NCBI GenBank assembly: GCA_031835245.2 | Contig: JAVKOQ020000004.1 | Span: 372,001-436,000 of the forward strand | DNA: 64,000 bases | Reading direction: 5' to 3' | DNA from: Balamuthia mandrillaris | Lineage: Eukaryota | In this document: one piece after another, positions 39,486 through 51,650 of the stretch | Layout: the number at the start of each line of letters is the position of its first letter | Numbering within the stretch: position 1 is the stretch's first letter | Notes under the pieces: generated by a model | Seen by the model: the letters and a program-made list of their open reading frames with translations, nothing else | Database searches by the model: none | Told to the model about the DNA's origin: nothing | Translations under genes and position numbers: made by a program

Positions 39486-39629
39486 TTTCACGTTTGACGT
39501 TACGAAAATCAAGTCTATTTATTTACATGTGCGTCTTCTTCGCTCTTTCTGCAGATGTTAGTGAAATCCCATTCATCCGCTTAGCAACAGCTAAAAGTGG
39601 ATGAACGGATAGAAGAAAGCAACTCCAAA

Positions 39630-39770
39630 ATAGAGCTGTCAGAGCCTCTCTCTGTTGTCAGCTTTTGTGCTTTTCGCTGCAATGCAAAGAATAAACAAAA
39701 AATGTGACAAAGAGACGCAACCCGTCTCCAGCAATTAGGAGCTTTGGGGTTGGCTCTTCATACAGGCTTC
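39630..39770 (-). promoter_or_regulatory. candidate SECIS element of SelO, split by a ~70-nt insert
   Basis: AUGAA-GAGCCAACCCC-AAA-GCUCC/GGAG minihelix; GGCUC-UGAC partner at 39646-39638. Confidence 0.6.
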
Positions 39771-39916
39771 CATCCTTCCACTATTGTCCGTTCGAATTAT
39801 TCATCAGCACCTCCTTCTCTGCCCTTTATCTCCTGTTATTATTGTGTGGAGGAAGAGAGAGAGAGAGAGGTTCGTGAGCGAGCGAGCGAGAGAGAGAGAG
39901 AGAGAGAGAGGTTCGT

Positions 39917-40335
39917 GGAGGGAGGGAGGGAGGGAGGGAGGGAGGGAGGGAGGGAGGGAGGGAGGGAGGGAGGGAGGAGGGAGGGAGGGAGGGAGGAGGG
40001 AGGGAGGAGGAGGAGGGAGGGAGGAGGAGGGAGGGAGGGAGGGAGGGAGGGAGGGAGGGAGGGAGGAGGAGGGAGGGAGGGAGGAGGGAGGAGGGAGGAG
40101 GAGGAGGGAGGAGGGAGGGAGGGAGGGAGGGAGGAGGGAGGGAGGGAGGGAGGGAGGGAGGAGGGGAGGGAGGGAGGGAGGGAGGAAGGAGGGGAGGAGG
40201 AGGGGAGGGAGGAGGGAGGGAGGGAGGGGAGGGGAGGGAGGGGAGGGAGGGAGGGGAGGAGGGGAGGGAGGGAGGGAGGGAGGAGGGAGGAGGGAGGGGA
40301 GGGAGGGGAGGGGAGGGAGGGAGGGAGGAGGAGGG
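39917..40335. repeat. (GGGA/GGA)n purine tract; reads (CCCT)n on the SelO sense strand, probably inside a 3'UTR intron
   Basis: About 420 nt made almost entirely of G and A; flanked on the - strand by GTGCGT (40346) and CAG (39833). Confidence 0.9.
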
Positions 40336-40391
40336 ATTTAACGCACGTAGAATAAAGAGCAGAGGCCAAGTTAAATGGGAAAAGGAGGTGC

Positions 40392-41144
40392 TTATGAAGA
40401 TCAGGTAACACAAATGTCAAGCTCTTCTGGCGCAGAACGACCGTAGTGCCGGCCATCCTGCTCAGCCAATTCATCTGTAATGGGTTGTTGAGCGTAAGGA
40501 TCTTCCAATATACGAAGCAGGTGTTTAGCTTCGTCATAATTGCCCTCTTCAGCTGCTTCGATAGCTCGTTGGGCTATCCAGTTTCGCAGGATGTACTTTG
40601 GATTGCTCAGGTTCATCACGGATACGCGTTTCTTATTCAGCTCTTCAACTTCTAAAGCAGAAACAAAAAATGAGGGTAGCATCAGAAAATGTAAACCGAT
40701 GATAATAGAGCGAGAAGAGAGGTACCATCATCGCTCTGTGCTTCCATGGACAGACGGTGTTTGTAAGAGCGCAACCATTTCCGCCAAAGACGAGCGTCGC
40801 GCTTTCTCTTCTTCTCAGGAGTCAAGTCTTCAAGCTGTTTGGCTTTCTTCCATTTCTCCCATTCGGTGAGCAACATAGCGGGATTCTGAAGTCCGAATAG
40901 AGCTAACATGCGAGGGTCTTGCTGAGCGATCCGCAGCAGGCCTTTCAATTTGTCGATCGGGATAGAGGGAGCCTCTCTCTTTTTCAATTGAGAGGCACTG
41001 AGCATTTGGGTGTAGAGATATTGTATCAGGTCTTCTATTTCTTGGTCTTCCTCCTCTCCTTCTACCTCCTCTGCTTCTTTCTCCTTTTCCTCTTGTGGTT
41101 CCTGCAGTGGGTGAATTGAAAAACCTTCAAAACATGAAACAAGT

Positions 41145-41178
<34 letters not shown>

Positions 41179-42606
41179 GCAAACCTTAGGGGTATATTTT
41201 GTGGCTTGTGAAGGCTTGGGAATAGAAATACGAGCCAGAGATCGAAAAGTGTTGGTCCAATCCGCTCCTGTCTCGTGCATTGTGTCTAGCAAGGACTTGA
41301 TTAACTCAGTATCTCCTGGCCAATCCTTGTTTAACATTCCAAGCTGAGAGAGAAAGCGAGTCATTACAAAAGGTGAGCATAATCTTGCGTAAAACTTAGA
41401 AGAAAAATACTTTTTGTCTCATCTTTTCATGGTATACACGACGGAATTCAGCCATAAAAGTGTTCTCCAGAAGGGGTTTAGACTTCGCGAGAGGAAGAGC
41501 CATTTCCAATGCCTCTGCCAGTTTTAAACAATTCCAGTGACACATTTCTGGTTGGTTCTGTTCAAGGGAAGATAGAGAATCATTAATTAGGATAACCATC
41601 CTCAAAACGAACAAAAAAAAAGACTAGAAAACAAACCTCATAAGAGTATCGGCCTTCATTATCAGAGCCATTGCAAATGTAATGAGGGTCAAAGCTTTCC
41701 ATGAAACCAAATGGACCATAGTCGATGGTAAGTCCCAAAATGCTCATGTTGTCGGTGTTAAGCACTCCATGGCACCAACCAACACACTGCCACGCCGCTA
41801 CCAGTCGAGCTGTGCGCAGTACCACCTCCTGGTAGAATTCAAGATACATCTCCTCGTTGACAAAAGTATTTTCCACATCTGCATCATGCTCTCTCTCCAT
41901 GTTGACCTTGTCTTGGTCGGGAGGACCGTGGTACTTACTCCAGATTTCGGGGTAGAAGGTACGTATGGTGTAATGCAGGAGTTGCAACAGGATAGCCTTA
42001 TTACCCTCGCTTGGTCCGGTTCTTCCGGTATACTCGTCGGTGCCCTTGAAGATCTCAAAGCTGCCGAAGCGCAGAAAAGTGGGGGCTATCCGAAGGATGA
42101 TCGTGCAGCGCTCGTCTTTCGGGTTGCCATTATAAAAAATGTCCCGTTTGACCCAAGAGGACGAGGTGACACAGGTGCCAGCTCTTGTTGTTGGGATGCC
42201 CAAGTGATGTATTGCCTGTTTCATTGCAGTTGTCAGCTTATATCTACTAACAAAAATAAGAGGAGAGAAAAGAGCGAGAAGAGATGGGCTTGGGAGAAGA
42301 GAGGGAGGGAGAAGATCCAAACCTCACTGCATAAGAATTCTCGCAAAGAGGAGCGAAGGACTTTTCTACCATCAGCAGTGCGAGAGTAAGGAGTCTTACC
42401 AGCCCCTTTAAACTGGATCTCCCATCGCTCTCCCTTGTGATTGACTATCTCGCCGAGATACATGGTCGCCCCATCTCCCAACTGACCTGAAAAGTATCCA
42501 AATTGGTGGCCACAATAACAGTGTGCTGCTGGCCTTGCTCCCTTCAAGACTCTGTTGAGAAGCTTGGTGTCAACAATAGGCAGCACTGACATGTTTTTTC
42601 AGCTTA

Positions 42607-42653
<47 letters not shown>

Positions 42654-43129
42654 CTCTCCCCTCGTTTTGCACACGACTTTGGAGAAGCAAGTTACCTGTT
42701 GCCAGAAAAATAGGTTGCCATCTCCTCGGGATACTCTTCCATGGCTTCTGCAGGAAAGTCTATGAGGGCAAGAGCGGAGGTGGACGCCACGACCAGCCTC
42801 GGTTGTTCCACTCGGGTTGGCCTCACCAACGAAAAGCATGCATTCGGCACCTTAGCGCCTGCTGTTAGTGTTTATTTTTGCAAGAAAGGAGGAGAGGAGG
42901 AGCAGGAGAAGAGAGAAACCTGTCGCGTGTAGTTCTTGAAAACCGGATCGATGGGCAAGGAACGTATGGCCAAGTTATCAAATGGGAGGCTACGAAAGGG
43001 ACTGGCGGGGTCCGCTGACGCTCCTGTTCCTTCTTCCTCTTCCACCCTCACGTCCTCCTCCGCCACCAACTTGTGCTTGTGGAGCGGCGGAGCACCCTCC
43101 TCTTCCATGCCTAGTGAAGGCGCTTGCAT
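40392..43129 (-). CDS. SELENOO: selenoprotein O (AMPylating pseudokinase) with Sec at C-terminal CVTUSS
   Basis: [100 protein letters not shown]; ends TGT GTT ACC TGA TCT TCA TAA. Confidence 0.95.
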
Positions 43130-43666
43130 GGACCCTTTTTAGTAAACAAAGGAATGGCTTTTGTGGGTTTCTGCCTTCAGCGTGTGTGTGTGTGTGTGTG
43201 TGGTTAATACTATTATTCGCAGAACACTGAGGAAGAGCTGCCCAGAAGAAGGTGGATGGTGATGATGATGATGAGTTGTGTGACAAAAAGCAGAGCAGCA
43301 GAGCAGGGGGCTTCCTTCGCGTTCTCTCTCTAATTGCAACGCGCGTTCGCCCAGTTCTTCCTTCCACCCCCACTGTGTTGAAACAGAGAGCCCACCGTAT
43401 GCTGCTCACGTCGACGCAGGAAGGGTATTTATTTCATGTCGTCCTGAATAGACAAGCCATGCGACATTCGTGTCGTCCTGAATGAGGCGTCATTCCCCAA
43501 ATGGGCAAGCCCGCCGGAATTCCCAAGAAAGCAAAATGAAGAGGGAGAGAGAAGCAGGAGCAGGAGCAGGAGAGGAGAGGAGGGGCTTGTTGCTGTTGTC
43601 TTCTTGTTCTTCTTCTTCTTCTTCTTCTCTTGTGCGGTTTGTGTATCGAAGTGGAGAGGAGAAAAC

Positions 43667-44454
43667 ATGTCCAAGCACGCCGCTTTCTTTGCCAATTCGG
43701 CGGTGGCGATAGCGCCCTATCCCTTGCAGGCGGGCGAAACCTGCGAAATCACTTTTGTGCCACTGGCGTGGTCACTCGAGGAGGAAGCCCCCAAACGTGG
43801 CCTCGTGCTGCGCATTGGGTTCAACGACTGGACAAATGTTGGTAGTCCCCTCCCCTTGTTGTTGTCTTGCGCTCACAAAGGAGGCGTGCAGGTGGAAGAC
43901 TTGCCGCTGGTTTATCGAAAGGAAAGAGGACAGCTGTGGACGGTGGAGTATGCGGTACCCTCCGAGGCTAGTTCGGTCGAGTTCATGTTTTACGAGGACA
44001 AGCGTTTGCGCTTTGGAGGCACTCGTGACTATTCCTTTGCCGCCCTTCCTCGACCTGCTTCTTATACTGAGTACGTTGCCCCTTTTCTCTTCCCACTGGT
44101 GGTCGCGCAGCAAAAAAAGTAGCTTTGAACTCATCTACCTTGTTGGTAGTGCATTGAGCCACGCGCGTTTCCAAAGAGGAGCCACACTTTGCACTGAGGA
44201 AGCGCCTCTTGGCGTACGCTTCTCTTTTCTCGAGCCTCTCTTCTCTTCACTTGTCTTTTCTCTCTGTTCTTTATTCCTGGTGCTAAGTTTCGAGTCAAAC
44301 AGGAAAGAAGCAAGCATGGAGGAGCTGTCTTCAGGTTGTGGTTAGGCCGTCCAGTTGATACTGTGGAGCTTGTAGGCAGCTTTGGTTATTGGAATACGTT
44401 TTTTTCAGCCCGGAGATACTTGTAAGACGACTCCTCTCTTTCTTATTCGTTCTC

Positions 44455-44502
<48 letters not shown>

Positions 44503-46665
44503 ATTGCTATTTTGTTTTTTGAGGCTATTATCATTACTGACCATCCTATCAACCCATTCATAGCCATACGGATGACGATAATAGGGAACTATGGAGCGTG
44601 TATCTGTCCTACTCAAAACCTGGGGATGAATACAAGTACCGCATCAACCAGAGAGAAATGGTGACCGACCCATACGCCCGCCGCATTCGCTCTCGAGTGT
44701 TCAACGCAGTCTTGACCCCACCACCGCGTTCCCACTACCACCATCACCTGCAGCATTCCTCTTTCGCGCGACCACCTTTGAATGAGATGGTGATCTATGA
44801 GCTTCATGTTGGAAGCCTGTCCAGGGAGGGAACATTTGCAGGAGCAAAACGCTTCTTGCCAAAGATCCGTTCGCTGGGAGTCAACATGATCGAGCTAATG
44901 CCTGTCCACCTTTGGACCAAACGGGCATCCTTCGACAAGAGCAAATGGGAGGATTCGACCAAAGAGGAAGAGGAAGAGAACGAAAGCTATGTGAACGAGG
45001 AACATGGCATCGAGATGCAATGGGGTTATGGCCCTTGCCATCTCTTCGCGATGAGCCCAATCTATGGCACACCGGAGGACTTTGTAGATTTCGTGGAGAC
45101 TGCACATCAGCTTGGATTGGGCGTCATCCTAGATGTCGTCTATAACCACTTGAGTGCTGGGCATCTACTCCCCGCTTCTTACTTTTACTACGATCACAAC
45201 CAGCAGTCCTCAGAAGAAGACATCGACCAGAATCAGGAATTGAAGGGGGCAGTGGGAGACGCCTCCACTGATGGAGAAGAACAAGAGGCTAAACCGGACG
45301 TTATAGGAGACATTCGGCACACACCTTGGGGTCCTCGCCCACACTTTGGTTTGTCTGGCGTCCGGCGAATGATTCTCGACAACGTTAGCCATTGGATCAG
45401 CGAGTACAAGGCAAGTTTGAATTTCTGTCTAGTTCTCAGTCTTTTGACATTTGTTTTTATTGGAATTTAGGTGGATGGCATACGGGTGGATGGTAGCGTA
45501 ACTATCCGTCGCACCCATTGGGAGAAAACTGGGTTTGACATTGAGGATGGGTGGACTTTGCTACAGAAGATAACAGCGACAGCAGCCTCGTTAGGAGCCT
45601 TCACAATGGTGGAGGACTTACAGAATGACAGCAAGGTGGTGCAGGATGGATCTGCGCGTTGCCTAGGCTTTGACGCACAGTGGGAAGAAGTATTTTACAA
45701 CTCCATTCGTGATGCACTTTGTTTCTTGTATCCTATACACGCTGTAGAGGAAACGATCAAACATCGGTTCACTGACTGCAGTCCCTCCTTTCAGCGCATC
45801 ATCTACATTGAGAATCATGACAAGGTGCGAGCCCAACTTCTTTCTTGGGTGCAGGCCTCATCCTAACTTATTGATTATTTTTTTTAATCAAAGGTTACTT
45901 ATGAACGCTTTCCTGTGCGCATTTCGCGAGCGCAGCCAACTGGCTGGTTGGCTAGAAAGAAGACTTTGTTGGCTTCGTGCGTGCTGCTGACCACTCCTTC
46001 CATTCCGATGCTCTTCATGGGCCAGGAATGGTTCGAGTGCACTTCTTTCTATTATCCACAAGGCAATGGCCGCACTTTTTGTTGGCCGGAAATAGAAGCA
46101 TGTTACCGTCAGGAAGGTGATGAACAAGAGAATGCCGAATGGGAAAGGCAAGTGACCCACAGCCAAACCAATTCCAACAAACGAGGCCATATGGAATTAA
46201 CGATGAGAAGGGGCATACTACGCCTCTACCGGGATTTAATACGCTGGAGAACATCATTGCCGGCTTTAAAGGGGCTTGGCATCCACGTTTTACAAAGGGA
46301 TGACAAGAACAGGTTTGTAGTTCCTCTTCTCTTATCCCTCTCTTCCTCTTCTCCATTTTCTTACTCTAATGGAACCTAGGGTGATGGTGTACCATCGCTA
46401 CAACGACAAGACTAACAAGGGCGATTCAAACGACGTGGTAGTTGTGACTAACTTGGGAGATGGAGAATGGGACCAGTACAACGTGCGCATGCCGAGAGCG
46501 GGCGCTTGGTCCGTCCTCTTCAACAGCGACTGGAAGGGCTACTGCCACGATTTTGGGAACATCGGCGGCACTGAAGTGCACGTCGCTTGGGATCCCACCC
46601 ACCACTGCAACATGGGCGTCTTGTCCGTAGGCCCTTACTCTCTCCTGCTTCTTGTTCCGCAATGA
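43667..46665 (+). CDS. GH13 enzyme (TreZ/GlgB-like) with N-terminal starch-binding-like module and CBM48
   Basis: LRIGFNDW, TDPYARR, VIYELHVG, LGVNMIELMPV, WGYGP, VILDVVYNH, GIRVDG, VEDL, YIENHD, IPMLFMGQE. Confidence 0.88.
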
Positions 46666-46714
46666 TGCGTTCTGTTTTAAAAAAAAGGGCAGAAGAATTT
46701 TTGTAGACAGGTTT

Positions 46715-46726
46715 TTTCCCGCCAAA
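46715..46726 (+). promoter_or_regulatory. E2F-like site TTTCCCGCCAAA upstream of GINS3
   Basis: Matches TTTSSCGC, about 130 bp upstream of a replication gene. Confidence 0.45.
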
Positions 46727-46849
46727 ATTCTCAACCGAAAAAGTGGGAAAATGTGAGGGAGAAGAGAGGAAGGAGGAGAGAAGGCTATAGAGAGAAGTAG
46801 GAGGAGGAAGAAGAAGAAGAAGGAGAAGAAGAAGAAGAAGAAGAAGCAC

Positions 46850-47499
46850 ATGTCGGACTATTTTTCTCTGGAGGCCATATTGGCGGAGGAAGAGCGCGTG
46901 GCCGTGAAGCTGCTGTGCGACATGGGGGTTGCGGAGGAGGGGGACGTGCAGGACATGCCCTTTTGGTTGGTGGAGGAGCTCATGACGGAAGGCTACGTTC
47001 AAATGGAGCTGCCAAAAGCGCTCAAGGTCGCCCATAATAGCTCCACACAATTGCAACGCATCAGTCCGCACTACTATGAACTCGGCTTGAAGGTTGCAAG
47101 CTTGTACGTGGTTGCTTTGTTATTGTGTTTTTCCATCTTTTCTCTTTTTTTTTTTTTCCTCGGTGCTCCATTTCTTCCTCTAAAATACTCATCTCCATCT
47201 ATTAAAATAAGACTTGCAAGAGCGGAAGGAAGTAATCCTTCGGAAGTTTGTGAAGCTATGGTTGAGACATTTGGCGCACGTTTCCTGCCAATCATCGACA
47301 AAGCAGTTCACTGGAGCAAAGAAGACCCGGCCTTCCTCTCCACCCTCGTCAAGTTTGAAAAGGATCTCTACTACCGGGCATATCGAACGGCTGCTCAACA
47401 TAATCACTGGAAGAACAGAGGAGAGGAGAAGATCACTGCCTCAGTTCCGTCCTCTAGTGTGGGACCATCTTTGGCTGGCAGCAAACGCAAGCGAGGATG

Positions 47500-47503
<4 letters not shown>
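46850..47503 (+). CDS. GINS3: GINS complex subunit Psf3
   Basis: YFSLEAILAEEERV, MPFWL, L..ISPHYYELG, F..RF..IID, FLSTL..FEKDLY; one in-frame intron. Confidence 0.85.
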
Positions 47504-47550
<47 letters not shown>

Positions 47551-47620
47551 AAACGGTGTATCTACACTTGAAACTAATGTACAGCTGCAAAAACAAACAA
47601 ACACACAATAACAGAAAAAT

Positions 47621-49041
47621 TTAAACTCTTTGAAGAGGCGTTGAGACTAGCAGCGTGCTGTCCATGCAGATAGCATCGGGGGCTTGGCCAACACTCGTGC
47701 CTTCCTCCTCCAACAAATGGGCAGCATTCTCCTCCTCCGTGCCATTATCGCCACCATATCCGTTGTCGTCGTACTGTCTGGTTGTTGTCACAGAGTTGGC
47801 GGAGGGGCTCCTCTCCCATATGCCACGATCTCTAAGCTGTTGCCTTTGCCGCTGCAGTTCCTCGTGGTCCTTGCACGTTCCTTCAAGCTCCTCCTCGGCA
47901 ATTATCTCCTGCTCCAACAGATACACAAACTCCAACAGGCTCAACTCATCAACAGGATACTCGACTGCGCCACCTCCTTTTTCTTCACGCAGTCTCAGAC
48001 CCTTCAACAGCTGTTCCTTACTGTCGACCTTTCGTGGTGGAGAGTTGGGATTGTTCTCCTTGTCTCGTTGTTGCTTGTGTTTTTGTTTTGTTCTGCTCAA
48101 CGTTTTCTTGGGTTTCTTCCTCTTTCTAGGAGTTAGACCAGGCAGAATGGGTGCAGAGTGAAAGACTCGAGCCATGCTTTCTTCTCGCAAATTGATGGTG
48201 TTGTCATTGTTATTGCCGCTGTTGTTGGCGCGGTCAAAGGCTTCCTTGGACATATGAGATCGCACGACGGTTGGAGAGAGGATCTCTCCTGCAGGAGGAC
48301 TCTCCGGAAAGTCCTTGTGAACGGCAGTAAGCCTACTGTCGGATAGGCACAGCTTGGCAATATCGTATGACATTCCATCAGCGGAGCCTTCATGTGAACA
48401 CATGTTAGCTCTTCTAAAGCTAACAGAGAAGCAAGCATCGAAGAGAGATACATACAGGAAGTGCTGCGACCCCTGGTGATAACTTCTCCAAGGCTTGGGC
48501 TGGAAAGGCTTGGTGTTATCATGGTGTTGGACCGTTCTCTCGTTGCCGCCGCCTTGTTCACCTTTGCTCGCTCTTTCCGTCTCCATTTGCCGCGGTAGGG
48601 AAAAGCCTCCACATGTTGCCCGTTCACAACTTCGCTCTTTGATCTTCCAAAGACAGAGAAAATTCTTTTACCTGCATGTGTGGAGCTGTTGCTTCTTGCA
48701 GCTCGTGTAGGTGGCGGCATCGGGTCTCGGCGCGCTGTAGTCGGGCTCGTGGTCCTCAAAAAGTCCATCAGGGACAAAAGGTCTTCTCCGTCCTCGCTTT
48801 CCTCTTTTTCTTCCTTATCCTCTGGGCATATCTCAGGGAGAGAAGCTGCTTCTTGAGTTCGTTTGTTCTTTTTCCTTCCAAACTTCTTTCTTCGGCTGAC
48901 CGTTTGTATGGGCGGAGACGCCTCCAGCAACTCCTCGTTAGGGGATGTATCCCCCTTCATGCAGATATCCAGCTCCACCGGGGGCACCGAGGGGGTAAGC
49001 CTGCAACCATTCCCTTGGCCAATTTCCGGGTGGGGCTCCAT
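47621..49041 (-). CDS. hypothetical low-complexity protein (2 exons)
   Basis: ORFs 48133-49041 and 47621-48586 join via a GTATGT...AAG intron. Confidence 0.55.
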
Positions 49042-49371
49042 CGTCTCCCCCTGTTCTTCTCGAAACGTCTTTCCTATGCCTTATAAAAGGAAACTCACGT
49101 TTGTTCGATTTTTTATCAGGGAGTGTCGATAATATATCGCTTTCCATGTCGACGATTATTTAACCGGGGAAGTAGAAAGCGGTTCGATCCCCACCGGGCT
49201 GCCTGATTTTTTTTTTTGCGAAAGGATAATAAGTAATCTTGAACAATGAGCCCTCGCGCAAGACACTTTTTTTTCAGTGGAGGAAAACGCAAGAGAGAAA
49301 AAAAAAGCAAAACAAAAAAAAAAAAAGGGCTTCTTCCCTCCGTCTCTCGCAAAACTTTATTCCCTCGCAAC

Positions 49372-49494
49372 ATGGCACTGCCCCGACATGTCTTGTCCAA
49401 CGGACCGTCTCTTCTTTGGGGAGGGATGCGAACCATGAGCTCGCCGTTGTCGCGCTCTTCGCTCCTCCTTCAGCAGGTTATTTATTTTCCCCAT

Positions 49495-49534
<40 letters not shown>

Positions 49535-51650
49535 TCTCTCTCTTGTACGCATTCCTCTTGCTTTGTTTTTGATCTCCTCCAAGTTTCGTATTGTGTTCTG
49601 TCAAACTCGATTTTCAAAAAAAAAAAAGCACGCTCACAAACTTGTTTGTGTCCTCTTTGCAGAGCACTCGCGTGACGAACAGCGCCGGTCGGTTCGAGTT
49701 CAACCCTCAACAGCAGAGAAGACAGCTGAGCATTCATGAGTACCAAGGCCAAGAGTTGATGAGAGAAATAGGGATCCGCGTGCCCAACGGAAAGCCTGCC
49801 TCTTCTGCGGAGGAGGCTCGCGACGTTGCCTCCTCGTTCTTTGCAAAACAGCCAGAAGGTAGAACCGAGGGAGAATTAGCTCAGAAATGTTTCTGGGTTG
49901 GGCAGCCCAACTAACTTTTTACTTCGCTTTCTTTTCTGAGTGTGTTCAGGCCCAACGGATGTAATTGTAAAGGCGCAAGTGCTGGCTGGTGGACGCGGCT
50001 TGGGTTTCTTTGATAGTGGTCTCAAAGGAGGAGTCCACATTTGTTCCACGTACGTTGCTTTTTTTTGTCTCGTTCTCGCTCTCGTTTGCATGTTCTCTTC
50101 GTCGTTCTCTTCTATTCTGCACTCTTTCTCTCTTTTCGTGTTTTCGTGTTCTCTGCCGTTATGCTTCCTCTTTGCTCCCGGAGTAAGATTTTCATTTCTA
50201 ACATTACAAAGGCCGGAGGAAGCACAAGAGATTGCCGGCAAGATGATCGGACACAAGATATTCACCAAGCAGACAGGCCCTGAGGGCAAGATCTGCCCCA
50301 AGGTCTACATCGCAGAAAGGATGTTCATAAGAAGGGAGACTTACTTCGGATTGCTTATGGACAGAGCCGCTAACGGCCCTGTAGTTGTAGGTAGCGCAAG
50401 AGGAGGCTCTGATATTGAGACTCTCTCGAAAGAGCATCCTAACAGTATCTTTAAGGTTTCTCTCTTGCTCTCACCTTTTATTCAGAGTAATCGCTAATGC
50501 TCCCCGCCCTCTCTCTCTCTATCTCGCTTTCGGTAGGTGCCCATCAATATAACTACTGGCATTACGGACGCTCAATGCGACGAGATAGCTGTAAAGTTGG
50601 GCTTCAACAGCTCCAAAATGAGAACACAGGCAGCAGACGTCACTCGTCGCTTGTATGATCTCTTCATCAAATACGACTGTACATTAGTAGAAGTCAATCC
50701 CTTGGTTGAAAGCCATGTAGGAGATGGCAAGTACTTCAACTGACAAATCTCTTTTTAAATGTTGTGCTTTTCTAACGGAATCGTATGACATGCAACCACA
50801 ACATTTATAGTGGTCGCCCTTGATGCAAAGATCAATTTTGATGCCAATGCTCTTTACCGACAACCCAAGATTGAAGCTATGAGAGATAAAACCCAGGAGG
50901 ATTGGAGAGAGGTATTATGATCTCTACCTCTTTCTCCCTCCCCTCTTTCGCGTGTTGTCGTTCTGAACCCCCTCTTCTCTTCCTCTCTTCACTCTTCTCT
51001 CTCTCTCTCTCTCTCACACACACACCAATGACACCATGTAGGTGCACGCCTCGGAGTTTGGCCTCAACTACATTCAATTGGATGGTAACATTGGTTGTTT
51101 AGTAAACGGAGCTGGTCTCGCCATGGCCACTATGGACATGATTAAGCTTTCGGGTGGAGAGCCTGCCAACTTTTTGGATGTTGGTGGTGGTGCCACCGAA
51201 AAGCAGGTCACAGAGGCTTTCAAGATTTTCAACTCCGATAAAAATGTACAGATCAATCTCTCTCGCTCTCTCTTTCTTTTTTCTCTTCTCTTTTCTGCCT
51301 CCTTTCCTCTCTCCGTCCATCTTTGTATGATCTAATATGAGTTTGTTGCATGTAATTTAATACAGGTGAAAGCCATCCTGGTAAACATCTTTGGTGGTAT
51401 AATGCGTTGTGATATTATAGCCTACGGTATCTTGAACGCCGTCAAATTGTTGGACCTGAAGATCCCGTTGGTGGTCCGCTTGGCAGGCACCAACGTCAAA
51501 GAGGCCGTTGACATCCTGGAGAACAGCGGCTTGAGGATCATTGCCGCCAGCGATTTGGACGACGCCGCCAAGAAAGCCGTCAAGGTGGCCAAGATCATGG
51601 ACATGGCGGAGGAAGCCAAACTCAACGTCAGCTTCGAGTTGCCGCTGTAA
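49372..51650 (+). CDS. mitochondrial succinyl-CoA ligase beta subunit
   Basis: Transit peptide, [66 protein letters not shown]. Confidence 0.95.

Noticed and set aside
39780..39810. Alternative AUGAA as SECIS start
   Set aside because: No complementary helix 2 or correctly spaced AA/GA.
39744..40537. Gly/Arg/Glu-rich and Pro/Ser/Leu-rich ORFs of ~200 aa
   Set aside because: Translations of the (GGGA)n tract, not genes.
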